Below, one piece after another: positions 49,001 to 63,000 of a DNA stretch of 64,000 nucleotides (positions are counted from its first letter, which is position 1; every line of letters begins with the position of its first letter). The stretch is from contig JAYWIR010000022.1 of assembly GCA_036172245.1 (NCBI GenBank), positions 1,984,001-2,048,000 on the forward strand, given 5' to 3'. The notes under the pieces were generated by a model. It saw only the letters and a list, made by a program, of their open reading frames with translations. It had not been told where the DNA came from and made no database searches. Made by a program: the position numbers and the translations under genes. Origin of the DNA: Raillietiella orientalis. Its lineage: Eukaryota.

Positions 49001-51053
49001 CCGTTGGCAGGGGGCCATCCCGACGCCCGCGGAAGGAAGCCGCGCTGCCGCGGAGCTGCCCTCTGAGAGGGTGGTGACGTCATCTCTCCCCTCCCCCCTT
49101 CCCCGCTTGGCCACTTCCTCCTCCCCGTCTTCATCCCCTTTCCGGCGGCCGCCGCCGAGATGCACGTAGGAGATCCTCCGTGTCCCTTGGCGACGGCACG
49201 AGCGCTGCTGCTCACGGCTTCCGCGCGTGCCACCGAGAAGGATGCGCGCACGTGGAGGGAGGGGGGAGGAAAGGGCGCCGACGAATGCAGAGAGGCGCCC
49301 GCAGGCGGATGGATCTGCTGAGCTTTCGTAACGTTGGCAACTCCTCCGTCAGCACATCCAGAAAATCAGCTCCGCCAGGCGGGAACTGGCCCGAACTTTC
49401 CCTTTCTCCTTCCTCCGCGCTCTCGCGCGCGTTTCTCCTTTCCGATCCCGCCGCGAGGGCGGTGACGTCCCCTCCCTCGCACGGAACCTCTTTTCCCTCT
49501 CTCGTCTTTGTTTCCTTCGCAGCGGTCTCCGCAGAGATGCGTGCGGGAGGTGCTGCTCCGCTTCCCTCCGGTGGTCTGCCCAGAGGTACTCTCCCGAGGG
49601 GTCGCGGGGTCGGCCTCGCTGTACAGGGGGAAGAGAATAAGGTGGAGGTAGAGGAGAGGCATGGAGAAGGGAGGACAGGGGGTCTAAGGGAGGTGAGATG
49701 AGGTTTCCAGAGTCTTCCGGAGGAGATTTGCCAAGCCACCGAGTCTCGGAGCTGGATTCCTCCGGCCTCATGAGCCGCCGAGCAGGAGGGGGAAAGGGGA
49801 AGAAGGGAAAGGAAGGGGGAGGGGGAGGAGGGGCAAACTCCCAGCACCCCAATGTTTTGGTGAGGGGTGGGCCCCAGACTCGGCTCTTGGGAGCCGAGCT
49901 CCGGGGCTCCTCGGCTGCGGACGCTCTCCATCCCGGCTCTCCTCGAGGAGGGAGGATCCGCAGCCCCTTCCTCGAAGCACAGTGGGTGGGGATTAAGGGG
50001 CAGCCTGGACGGGTGTCTCCCCCTAGACGGGTCCTGCTACTCCGGGGTCGCGCTTGGCAACCTCATCAACGTGATTCATGTACTCAATCTCGTTTCAGTC
50101 TTGTGGGGAGAGGAGCAGATCCCCCGGAGGGCTCTCTCTGCCTTGAGTTCTTCCGTAAGATCTCCGTGCAGCTGCCCGGCCCGGATGCCCAGGGCCGGAA
50201 GATTAAAAAAATAATAAATAAAAAGAAACAAAGAAAAAAAAAAAAGTAAAAGGCAGAGCGAAAAGAATCATGGGCGCCGGGAGGCGCCCTCTCCCTGCCC
50301 TCCTCCTCCCTCCAAAAAGGAAACAAAACACACACGCACGCACACATGCACGCACACACATGTAGAAAGACGGTGCAGGGGCGCACACACCCCACACACC
50401 CGCCAGCACGGAGATGAAGATGTTTTAATCCTGTCATGTGTTTTTTTCCTATTTATTCTTTTCAGTTCTTTTGTTCTCCATTGCAAGATTTTTTTTCTTC
50501 ATTAGTGCGAAACCAGAAAACAACGGGACGCTCGCGAGGAAAGAGAGCGCCGGAACGAACGTCTCCTTGCCGCTGGGGCGGTCCTCGTTCCGTCCAGGTG
50601 AGGATCCCGCCAGCCCTCTCCTTCCCACCCCCGGGGAGGCAGGGCCCTCTCCCCGCCGCCCGGCAACCGAGAGACATCTCCTCCTCCTTCTTTGGCCCCG
50701 CGCGGGCAGCTTCTTAGCCTTCGACTGCCCCGGGAAACCGGTGGCAGAGGGAAGGCGAGCAGCGCGGACGCAGCGACTCCCCCGTGCGCCCTCTCCATCC
50801 CACCCCGGGGGGGGAGGGGATCCTTGCCCGGTTGCCCGGGAACCGAAGGACGCCTCCTCCTCCTCCCCTTCCTTCGGCCCCGCGCTTGGGCGGCGTCGGG
50901 GGCGCGCGTGTATCGTCGCCTCCGACCGCCCCGGGAAACCGGCGACGGAAGCGAGGTGGCGAGGTGCGGGCGGGAAACCTCGGGAGAGCGCGGGACCCAC
51001 CAATCGCTTCACTCTGCCCTCAAAAGATGGCACTTTCCTTTCTCTCGTTCCAG

Positions 51054-54000
51054 AAGGAAAGGACGTCAACAGTTACAACCTGCTGAAATATTTTCCCAAC
51101 AATGAGTGCGCATTGTTGCTCAAGGAAGATATCTATGGAAGCGAGTGAGTATGGCCTGCTGCGTGTCCGGCTCTCGTTCGCAACGGGTCAGCGGTCGCTT
51201 CTTGGTTCGGGCCACGTGCGGTTCGCCTCCTCGAAAGGGGCGACCCCAGCCGCAGCAACAGGCTTGCAGAGGAGAAGGGGCTGATGGGAGAGCCCACCCC
51301 TCTTTCTGGAGGCTGCGGCCATGCCAAGGGTTCCCCTTCTCTCCCCCTTTCGTTGAAACGCTCGTCCTCCCATTCAGAACCCGCCACCGTGACCGGGGAT
51401 GAACCGAGTCTTCCTGATAGGGAATCTTCCCTCTCCCCTATCCACCCCCACGCCCAAGGCAGAAAGAATGTCCCTCCAGGTGCATCCTCCTCCTTGGCTT
51501 CGAGCCCACTAAAGGCCCCTCCGCTTCCTTGCAACCAGCTAAGAACAAGGTCGCAAGGCGCAAAGAGGGTCGCCCCCAAATGGCACAGGCTGTGAGGGTC
51601 GAAGGTTTCCCGCGCATGCTCGAACGGTTCCCCCAGCCTGTTGTGCCGCATCCGCATCTCCTGAACCTGCAGTGCAAGAGCACTCTCGACTGTCGCCGCA
51701 CATCGCGAACGCCACCTGAGGAACCGCTCTGCACCCCTCCGGAGCGTCGCGCGCGCCCCTTCTTGCCCGATGCTCGGGAGGCACCGATGTGGACCATGTG
51801 GACGAATCCACATATACCCCGTTCACGCGGATGGGTCACATGAGGAATCTTGCAGGGTCCCTCTGCACTTTGATCTCAGCTAAAAGGCAACTTCCGGGCC
51901 ATGTGCAGGGTCTCTCTGCAAGTGATTTGGAAGTGGCTGCTTCCGGTTGCTGCGGGATTCCCGAATTCCTCAGGAAGGCGGGATCGTCTTCCCACAGGGT
52001 CTTCCTCTTCAGGGCGGCCTTGAGACCGCGCGCTCCCCTCGCTCTCTTCCTCGACCGCAGCTCCCAGTCGGGAAGAACCGGTAGAAAGGCATCTTCAGAG
52101 ATCGCGAAACAGGAAGGAAGCTGAGAGCTGCGGGGCTGTGAAATTTCCTGGAGGTCCATTCGCCCACGCGAAGATCCGCAGCGGATGGAGCGGTCCTTGA
52201 GAGCGGGGAACCAAGCGACGCCTGCGTGGACGGCGGTGGAGAGGGAATCCTTTGCTCGCGCGCATCGTCGCGAGTCAGCCGGGCGTCTCCCGGAATGCAG
52301 ACGGCGGCCGAGGTGCGGCTCTCCACTTCGGCCGGGGCGAAGGGAGACGGCGAGGCCGGCAGGGTCCGCGCAGGCGCGCGCAGAGGCCTCTCGCGGAAAC
52401 GTGGGGGGCTGCGGACCGTCGGGCATTCCTCGTCCCGGGAAGCGTTCCCGTCGGAAGACGCCTCCCTCCAGCTTCTTTCCTTCTCCCTGTAAGGGATAGC
52501 TGGCTCCCTTGACTTCCGTTTCCCGCGGATCCGTGCTACAGAGGGGGACCAGGAGCGCACCCACGACGCACAGAGGACGCCGCGCGTCTCGAGCTCGGAG
52601 CTTTCCTTCCGGTTGATTTCATCTTCCAGCCCCGGCGCTGTCTGCAGGAAGTCGTTGCCATGGAACCCTGAGGTGGCTGGGAAACATCTTCTCCCTGCGC
52701 GGGCTATCCACGGTGTGGCGCTCCACTGGCTCAGACGGCCGATCGAGCTGCCGTCCAGATTCAATTGCTTTGTCCCCTGCCAAAGAAATTCCAGCGGTCA
52801 AATGGATTACCGAGAAAGGGTTTCCCGGTCCTGATAAAGGATTCATGCGTTGGGGGGAGTGGTTTTCCGGGAAAAGTCCTTCTTCAATCAAGCTCCCATA
52901 AATAATAGAATGAAAGGTACTCTATCTGATACGGTGGAATGCTCCAGATGCTCTCACCGCGTTTTTTATTTTTATTTTTTTTTTGCATGAGCTGCGTCGC
53001 TCGGATGTCTGATGATGGCGGCTGTCTCTCACCGATCGCATTCCACCTCGTCTGTTTGATGAGTCGGGTTCCGCTTCGAGAAGGGCTCGATGGCACCTGG
53101 CGCCGTGTCGCCGCGAATCGAAAGGTCGGCGGCCTTCTCCCAGGACTGCTTGGTTTCCGAGCAGCCCCTCCCTCTCCTCGCTCCAGGACTCCTCCTCCTC
53201 CCTTCCCCGACTCCGATGCGTGCCCAACGATAAGGGATCATCACTCTTTCTTGCACTTTCCTCCGGCCCTACGTTCTCGCTGTTCTCTCGGCCCACCGTG
53301 ACTCAGGAGCGCTTCAGCGTTTCTGCTGAGTAGCCCGCGCGAGCAGAGCACTCCTCCGCTATGGATTCTTCGCAAATGCCCCAACCTACCAGGCAGAGCT
53401 TTCTCTTCCATTTCCCGCCTGATCGTTCCACTCGTGTTTATTTATTAATTCCAGCCACAGGCGCACGCCGCTTGGAGTTCGAAGTGCTCGATAAATAATT
53501 CACGCCTTTGCAATCAAATCAAGACGGCACAAATTCAAGGTTGCCAGCTCCGCGAGCGGTTCATGCGACCCCCATCTTTCATGTCCGCTCTTCGTCTTTG
53601 GTACCTCTGAAAGGGCGTTCCTGCCAAAGAATCTGCAGAGAAGGGACTCGCCCGTAGCCTACGCGTCCTTGCCTCGCTCGATTTCAGTTTTCTGAAAGAG
53701 TTCCTGGAACCAGAAGGGATTCTTTGGCACGCCTGGTGCGCTTCCGGGTTGATGAAAATGGTTTTTTCGACCCCGAAGTATCGCCAGCTCTTTGTTTACG
53801 GACTCGAAACGAGGCTCTCTCATTCTTTTCCATCTCTCTTTCGTCCGGAGGGTCCAATGGGTGGCAGCTCGGGCACCTGAAGCGGCAGAAAAGGAGGCAA
53901 AGAAAGGGGAAAGTCTCTCCCATGGTTCCGGCTCAAGGATCCCGATATCCTTCCCGTCTTCTTTTTGCTCATCGGGTATTCCTCTAATGGGGGTCAGTTT

Positions 54001-57000
54001 TCCTTAGCGGAACCCGCACCTACTTTGGCTGGTTCGGCCCATCCGTAATCTGGCTCCGAAATTTCTCCTGCTGCGCCTCCATCCCCCCTCTTCCCCCTCC
54101 TGTCCAATTCTTTACTCCGTAATCCCCGACCGTCGGAAGACTGCATGAAATTGGATCGAAAATCACGTGCTGATGAGCCTGTCTAAGAGCCGTTCAGAGC
54201 GTGACCGGGAATGGCTGCATCACTCTTTCGACAATTCAGTCAGCTTCTCTGAGGGGGATTCCAAGGAATCCTAGCTAAACTCGGAGAGGATGGCGGGAGA
54301 GGTTCGCGGACGGGTTCCGCTCCCCCAGCCGTCAATCGAACCCGCTTTTCTCGACGGTGCTCTCTGTGGACGCAACCGTCAACGAGCGATTTCTTTCCAG
54401 GGGTCCAGCTTGCATCACGTACGACGACATCAATAATGCATTCATGAGAGTGTACGACAAGCTGTTTCCAAGTAAGTTGAGCGATTCCCTCCGATTCTCT
54501 CGCGCTTCTCTCGTGGGAGCGCATGCGCTGACGCGGCTTTCCGTGCTTCCAGTATTCCCCCTGAAAGACCCCAAAGAGCCACACACCGAGAAAGATTTTT
54601 CCATCGTTGCGGAGTACGTCATCAGCATCACGGCTGTCTTAGCTGAACAGTAAGCTCTGACCACAAGAGAAGTGATCACAAGTTGTGCGCAGGTTCTCCT
54701 TGAGTTACCATGACATTTACGAACGACTTCTAGAAATTGACACAAGCAAAACTATGATTTCTAGCATCTGCCCGAGAGAGATCCTGTTCTACTCGTGTGG
54801 ATCATATTTGAAATACAGGTCCATTACGGGGGTATGCAACAATGAGAGGAACCCTTACTGGGGGGCAGCCGCTTCCCCTCAGCTATGGTTGGTATCCTCC
54901 GAAGAGTTCACCTCTTTCTCACCCGGATTTTCAGGTTCGTCCCTTTGAACAGGGAGGACAAAGTTTCGGTCATGAGGCAGCCGACCGACTTGCCGCATCC
55001 CAGAGAAATATCGACAACCTTCCACGAACCAATCGACATAATTGACGTCGATCGGAATTGGTGGTTTCTGGCGATAGGGCAAGCGATTGCTCACGACGTC
55101 GTCTTGACTCCCTTCCCTTCTGGTAAGACTGGCGCATTTTTCGGAATACACCGCCTGCAGGGAGTGTGATTGCTCAAGAAGGTTCGATGAGCTATTTGTT
55201 TGCCCAAGCTTCTTATTGGAACTTGCTTACTCTGTCCGGTCTGCGTGCTTCTTTCCTTAGAGGCGAAGGAGAGTTGATTTGGCAACATGAGAGTCAGGGG
55301 GCGACGGAATTTTCGATAGGATTTCTTCCTCCTTGAACACCGAACCCACTGCTTCCCTTCGATGAGATAGAGTGCGTGATGGATTGCGACGATGCGGGTG
55401 CGTCCCTGGATGTGGATTCTTGGCGAGCTGGGTGCTTGCCGGGTCACCCGCATTGTGACGGGGATGTGGACGTCGGAATGTGGCTCGCAGTTCCTCCTTG
55501 GAACTCACACTTCCGGATAATGGGATGGCGCCAGGGCTGCCATCCCATCATCCGGAAGTGCTGCTCTTAACAAATGGGGCATTCCATCTCCTTTCTCAAG
55601 TTGGGCACACATCAGGATCCTCTGCTGCTTCATCCTATGCTCTTGAGAGCATAACGAACGGAAGGCACTTCCCAGCTGTAACCAAGCACCGGCGCATCTC
55701 CAGCCGTTCGTCACGAGACTTCGTCCCTGCAGATCTGCGTTTGCATTCCACTTGAAAGGTGACCATGGCAAGGTCTAGAAAAGAGGAAAGGTTTATGCAA
55801 AGCCACAGCCATAAGCTCCGTGTGAAATCGTTTGTGAAGGTTTAAGTGCGATCATGGGGAGTCATGACGACGGCACGAGCGACTCCAGCGCTCCTGGAAT
55901 CTCGAGGAACCTTTTCGAAGGCCATCGACGAAGGCATCGACGGAAGAGGAAAACTTTTCCAGCAACAGGAGGGGGTGGAGGGTGAGATCTCTGCGCCGAC
56001 GAGGCAAGGAAGCAACAGCTCAGAGGGGTACATTCACGCCGGAGAGGGCGAGGAGATTCGGCTGCTGAGGCGCCCGAGATGAGGCGACCACTTTTCTCTT
56101 AACCTGGGAGCTGTCCAAATTCTGACAATGCAGAAGCTCTTAAGAAGCAGAATCTTCTTCTCTTTTTCAAAAGTAGAAAACAAAGGGAACTCAAAATCAA
56201 GGTCCAGAAGGATGTGCACGGAGTGTTGGATTCGAAACACTTCTCGTTGATGCGCAGTCGGGGGTAGTGGGGCATTCGTGCCGGGATTTCAACAGTCGGC
56301 GTCCACTTTTTAGAGTGGTTTGGATGCAAAGATTGCGGTGAATGTTTTGTGAAACGAGGGAGAAGCTCTTGAGAAGAAGATGAACGGCGCCAGTGCAGGA
56401 AGAAAGGGGGAGGAAGAACGACCAGAAACCTTCAAGAACCGAACCCAACCTTTTTTGGCTGAAAAATTCTACAGTCGGGTGGAAGAACGGAGTTCGGGTA
56501 TGTCCTCCGCTGGATTCAGTGGACGCGAAAGCTAAACCGAGCTTGAAGCTCTTCACGCCCACGGTGCTCTGAAGTGCGGCGTGGTCATTGGGAGATCTCA
56601 GTAAACGTCTCTGGATCAGAATGAAAACGAGGAATCTCTGCAATCCCGACCGAAACGTCTTGTGGGCAGGCGAATTCCCATCGATCCGCCCGTCAGAATC
56701 CCACGCTGTGTGGTGACCCTCACGCTCTTGAAGTCCGATCTGTGGGGCTGCTGATTGCCAAGACGCAGCAACAAAAGAAGTAACGGTGAATTGAAGGGAA
56801 GATGAACAAAAGTTGCCAGATGGAGAGCAGCGGACGCATACCAAAGATGAAAACAGAAATAATGATCCGGTATACGGAATGCTTGAATGTACCTTCGTTT
56901 TCCACCATCCTTCACGAATAATCACATTTGCAGTTCCAAGAACGGACGAAGGCTCTTTGTGCATCCCGCTGCTCCCGATAGGTTCGACCCGATGCGTTCG

Positions 57001-60000
57001 CTCTTCCTCAGACAGATGGATAGACCCGTCGATAGAGTAGCGCTCACTGGGCCAGTGGCTAAGTTCGGTTTGTGAGACCGTTGCTCACCAGACGATGGCG
57101 ATCAACCAATGAAGGCAAGAGCTCCACCGCGATAGCAGATTCCTTGAGGGAACTCCAAGATAGGGAGTGCCTCTTCTGAGACATGCCACCTACAAAGACA
57201 TCGAAAGCTTATTGGTAGCCTATGAGAACCCTGGAACTTCCCGACGGGGACAACAGTGTTCCTCTTATCCATTCAACCGACGGCCTGCGGTCTCCAAGAG
57301 GTGCCAAGCGTTGTGGGTTCGGATACCCGGAAAGGATTGACGTCGAGAAATGGGTGCACCGTGGGTTCCGAGTTCTCTCGCAAGAGGACACTGGCGCGGC
57401 ACAGGTGGAAGTCAGATACCCCCCGTTGACTGACTGGGATTGAAAGTGGACCCTCCGGAATGCTTCCTGGAGCAAGGAGTCGGTTCCCTTCAGAGCTTCT
57501 CCTCCGGCTGTGGGAAGCAACCAGCAGAACCACGGAGCTGGTTGGTGGCCCCCTCGCGGGGTTGCCTTCCCAGAGTGTAGGAAGCGCGCTGCTCCCTTCG
57601 GGGAGCAGGCCCTTTATAAAAAATGGAAAGCGTTCCATCGGGGCTCTTTTCAGAGGAAGGAACCAGGAGTGCAGATCCTTTCTGGGTTCCCTTCGGAGAA
57701 AAAATGAGGAGCGACCCTCACAAACCGGTGGGTCGCGGTGGGTCCCTCCGGAGAGAATAAGGAAGAGGAGGTTCCCTTCGGGTTTCCCTTCGGAGACAAC
57801 CAGGGCGAGGGTTCCCTTTGGGGTTTCCCTGCCAAGCGTGAGAGGAACGGACGGCTTCCTCCGGTGCCAACACGTTCAGTCAATTCCGTAGTAACTAGTT
57901 CCATACCTTGAGTTAGCAATTACTAGCTAGCTGCTTACGGAGATGTATAGCAGCGCGCGGAGCGTTCACGGCACCCTCCAGCTGGCAGGACCTTCGTCAT
58001 GAGATCGATTCCGGGTCCGAAAAAAGCAGCGGGGGCGTGGGATAGAGTGCCACACTCTAGTCCCAAAGAGCATGGAGGCAGAATGCTTCCTTCAAAAATT
58101 GCGAAGAAAGAGAAACCACACTAAGATTTGTGTGCTTTGGTGTCCCGAGTGATGAGATAGATGATACTGTTGCGACACTGTTCTTCCCTATGGGACGTTT
58201 GGCTCTTAAGTTTCCTGCGTCGTCGGGAAGAGGTGGCACATTTCCGCACGACGTCACGGCCACTCCTTGAAGATAGGAGCGTGAGGTCTTCTGCTTCTGA
58301 CTTGTTTCCACGATCGGTGCTTAACCATCGGTATCCCACCCCTCCGGTGAGACCGGAGCGTGAGGGATATCTAGAAGGCTTCAGTGCTTCGGTTGACTTC
58401 CGTTTTCCAAGTCGGGAAAACACGTAGGACTGAGATGTCATCAGCAGCTCATCACCAGGACTGGCAATGTTTCGGAGATGTTTTCCCAAGTGGATGCATT
58501 CCCGGAAGTAGCGGGGGAAGGTTTCTGAGTCAATGGGCGGATTCAGCCTCCCTACCAGACCGAAGACTGCGCAGATCCAAACAGACCGAAAAATCAACAC
58601 GGATTACCATCACGAAGATCTGCGGGAAGAACGGAAGCTCTGTGAAAGGATGTGCAGTTGGCGAAAGCACAAAGAGACGGCGAAGTGGCATTGCACAGAA
58701 GAGCCAACTTTTGGATTGTTTACGGGACGTTCGTGTACCATCTCTGGGTACCAGGATTGCTCCTGGACGGTGAATGCCGAGGGGGGGAGGGAACAGGGGG
58801 AGTCAAACGGGCAGTGTGGCACAGCGAAGCGACGAAATGAAGCCACCGGCTCCGTGTGGTGCTGAATGACGTGGTGCAAATGAACGTGGGCAGCTGCACG
58901 CGCAGATCAAAAAGTGGCAGAACAGACCGATAGGCTCCACCCCCATTATGTTTTGTTTTCCTTTTTGATTTCCTCCTGATGCGGAAATACTCACCACTGG
59001 AAACAGAAACGCATGCAAGGGAACATCGACGTCTAGGTGACACAGTCTTCAGGGGACCCCGAGCTTCTTTGCTGAGTTCAGACCCTGTTGCAGCAAGCAG
59101 CGGTGGCGATGTCCTTCATCGGCTGCGCGGGGTCCAAAGGGATTTGCAAAAGGGAAAGTTTCGGGGATGCTAATCAAAGAGCCTTCTATGGCGGTGCTTC
59201 TCGCTTCGCTCGGAAGGTTCCAGAATACTGCTTGATGCATTCCCTTTCCACGATTCGGGAGACTCTGGAAAGCAAAAAGCAGCCGGAGAAGTGGAGCATG
59301 AGGGTCTTCATTACGAGGGTTCCCATCAAATCCAGCAGCGGTGTGAAGGGAGGTTGCTCCATCTTCATGCTTCGCATTTACATCGGGCTTTGTAATCCAA
59401 AAAGAGCTGGACCAGTTTCTGGAGTCCTTTATGTGGAGCGGTCTGAAGTGCCGTTGCTCCATTGGTGTGCTCGAGAAAAACAGCAAAAACAGTTTTTTTT
59501 TTCTTCTTTTTGCATTCCAAATGTTGTTTTGACGAAGACCGATCCAGAACCCATAGAAACGAGTGGATGTGATGCTGCATAATCCGCCACTTCTCTACCA
59601 CTAGAAAGTCGTCAAGGCTCGTGAACTAGTTTCTTTCTTGCTGGGAGCGCTAAACGAAGTGGTCTGTCAGCTTTTGTAAACGCAATGGAGTTGACAATCG
59701 CTCCATGTTTCGAAAGCTTCTCAGCTATGGTTACGGATCCTCTTTCAGTGGCAAGATGCAGAGCATCTTTCGCGTCCATCACATGAACGTCTTCATGGTT
59801 CCTCAAAAGAGAATCGGAAATGAGTTCGTCCGTGCAGGCGCAGGAGCTCCACGAAGGCGGCGGTTAGAGCGCGGCGTTCCTCCAGTTTCCACCACCCACC
59901 CAGCAAGAGATCATCGACATCTTCGTCACGTGCTCCTCCTGCATGCCCTAGCCGAGCATCCGCTTTCGCGTTCCCGCGGTCCCCGAGAAGAATCGAACTC

Positions 60001-63000
60001 GGAGCTGCTCCTCTGGAAATGGTTTGGCTCCAATGGTCTGCCCTCAAGGACTGAAAGGTGCTGCTGCCAGGGTGGAATCCGGAACACCTCCCGGAGCCGC
60101 TGAGGGACAGACACCGAAGCACCCTTCTAGTCCTCCATGTCTTTTGCCGCTTCAGGAGGTGAGGCGAGCCGTGCGGTGGTGGTCGACAAGCGTCGTCGAG
60201 ACACCGAGGGGGCGAGAGCGACGACCATCTTCGACCTGGGGGGCCTGCGAAGAGCGTCGCCTTTCTCTCACCGCCGCCTCATTTGCGTGTGTCGCGCGCG
60301 CGCGATCCGTATTGCGGCGACGCGTCCTATCTCTCTCTCCTCCCTCCCCATCTCCCTCTCTGCGCGGCGGATGCGTGGAAGGCCTCTCTCTGACCCCTAT
60401 GTCCCCGTAGTTCCACCAGCTTCCGCAGCAGGGCGTGGGACGCCGGGCGAAGTAGCGTCTCGCACAAAGGGAACTTCACGGAACGGGAGAGATCAGCTAG
60501 AAAATTTTCCAGACGGCCGCGCCTTTCACACCCGGGGAGCTTGAAAGCGCTCGTGGAGGAGGGGCAGAGCTGCTTTTAATTTGGTCCACCGAACGGCGGA
60601 GTATGAAAGCAGCATAGTTTTTTTTTTTTTTTAACGGAATGGAGGAATGATAGGAGGAGGCTGGACGTCGGTGAGGGCGAAGACACAGATGATTCTCGGT
60701 CCTCGCTCAGAGGAATAGCAACCCTTGGCGCGGCTCACAGGGAACGACGGGGACAGACCACCGCAGCAGCCCATTCCGGAGTTGTGCCACGTCGTGCACC
60801 GGGCTGCCTAAAGTAGGATGCGGTCGCTCCAGAAGATCGTTGAACCGTGGCGGTCCCGCGGGTCGGTGTTCTCGTCCGCGACTTCCTCTCTCCGGCTCTT
60901 AGGTTGTCCAGCCTCCCTCGCAGGGAAGATCGAAAGAGGGAGGGGAGAAGCGAAACGGGGAGACCTCGGCGCGCGTCCCCGTGTCCCCCGAAGAGTCGCC
61001 GCGTGTGGCTTGTGCCCACGAATCGTCGTAGGCAAAGGGACCCGAGCATTCTCTGGAGGAAGGTTGGCCCTGCGCGCTGTCCAGGAGCTCCCTCCCTTCC
61101 CTCCGAAGGAAGGGGTGAGCCGCTCCGGGACGACGCTCAAGGAGTACGGGCGCAGTTCGAAAACGTCCGGTCCTCGGCATCTGGAGGTGATTTTCCCAGC
61201 TTCCGTGGGAGCGAGGTCAGATCCGTACCTCCTTTGCAGAGAGCCTCGGCGCGTATCGCCGTGAGATGGAAACTCCGGTCGCGTTGGAGACTGCCTTCCA
61301 CGCTCGACCATCAAAGGCTGCAGCATGCCCACTCCCACTTGCCCTTCCTTTGGAACCACTCCAGACGAATCCTTGCGTGGCAAATTTCTTTATCCCAATT
61401 TCTTTATCCTGGCCAATTGTCAGAACGTACCCGGGTTGCGCGTAGGTCGCTGCACACTTGCGGTCATCCATGCTGAGCCACTGAAAACTGGCCCGTTGCA
61501 AACCTCGCTGCTCTTCCGCTGCTGCGCTGCATTCGAGGCAGACGGCTCGTCCTGTACACAAAATACATCGTATACCTTGCCCAGATTTTAGAAAATGGCA
61601 TCCTGTAAGGAATGCTGGATGTGTATCCATCGATCGAAGGGTGGATATCGTGACCATTCTTGCATGAATGCCAGGTGTCAGGAAGATATTCCTGACCAAG
61701 TAACACTTGGGTGTCCTTTGCGATCTTCCTAGCTCTTAATTGGGGTCTTTACAGCCGAGGGTGCGCTTGCTCCCATGAGAGTACGAGATTGGTTCTACCA
61801 GCGCCCTACAGGGATCGGGCGAGAACCGGGAAAGTTTCGTTCTTCGTGGAGCTCCCCCGAGCGCCTCTTTACGGAGTTGCCATGTAACTTTATGGGCCTT
61901 TACGGGTTTGGGACACCAGTTCTCCCCTCTGGAGTCTCTCTTTTAAGCCGCGGATTTTTTTTTTGTCGAAAATCAGAAAAGAGGGAACGCAGAGTGGGTT
62001 TCTCTATCTCTCCCTTCCCCGATCCCTACCATCGAATCCCGCCCAAGATCATTTTCCGAAGAAGGTAGATCTCGGAAGACCTATCTTCTCCTTAAAGACC
62101 ACCACTGCGTCCGCAGCAAACTCCAGGTTTTCACTTCCTCGCCTTCCCTCTTTCTGGATTCCCTTTCTGTTGCTCCTCGTGTCTGCATTAACCCACCAAC
62201 TCCATGGTACAGGATGGAAGCATCCCCTCCCCGAGGAGGAGGAGGGGAAGGATGGCTCCATTTGAACAACCGAAGGGAAACCCCCAAAGGAAACCGACTT
62301 CTCGATTCTGACTCCCGGAAGGACCTCGGGGACTCAATTTCCAATCCCGGTCGCTCATTGGGGCATCCGGTTCGCTGAATAGCGCGAAAAACGCCCGGGG
62401 ACGGACGCTAGGACACGCCCCGCCGAGCGACTGTTGCTTTGGACCGATAGACAACTGACTTTCGTTTCTCCAGGAAGCTCCTCCCCACGCCATCCCCACG
62501 GCGCGCCTCGGAAAGGGACCCAAAGGTGCGGTCCTCCGAGATCCCAGTTCCCAAAAAGAGCATAACGAAACGGACAAGCGAATGGCTCATCGCTCGATCT
62601 CGCGTCCTCCATCTTCCAATATCCGTTCCTCGTAGCCGGCTACCCGAGGAACGCCGTCGCAACCGCCGCCGCGTTCGACAGCGCCATGGACCTCCTCCCC
62701 AAAGAGATGTTCGTGAATTCTAGAATTCGGGAACTACGTGAAGCGGTTCGAGTGCTGCGGCAGGAACCCGAGGCGAAAGAGCCCTTACTGCCATGAGATC
62801 TACCTCTCCCCGCAGGACCTCATCTACTCCACTAGGGGCATCGACTGCCTGGACATGTACAAGAGCCTTCCAGGACTGCAGCCGAGATGTGCACTCGGTG
62901 AGTCGGTTGTCCCTGAGAGTGGCTGGTCCCGGAAGGAAGGGATGGGAAGGAGGAGGGAGGGACACAGATGCGCCCAGCTTCCCCCCCTTCCCGGTTCCGC

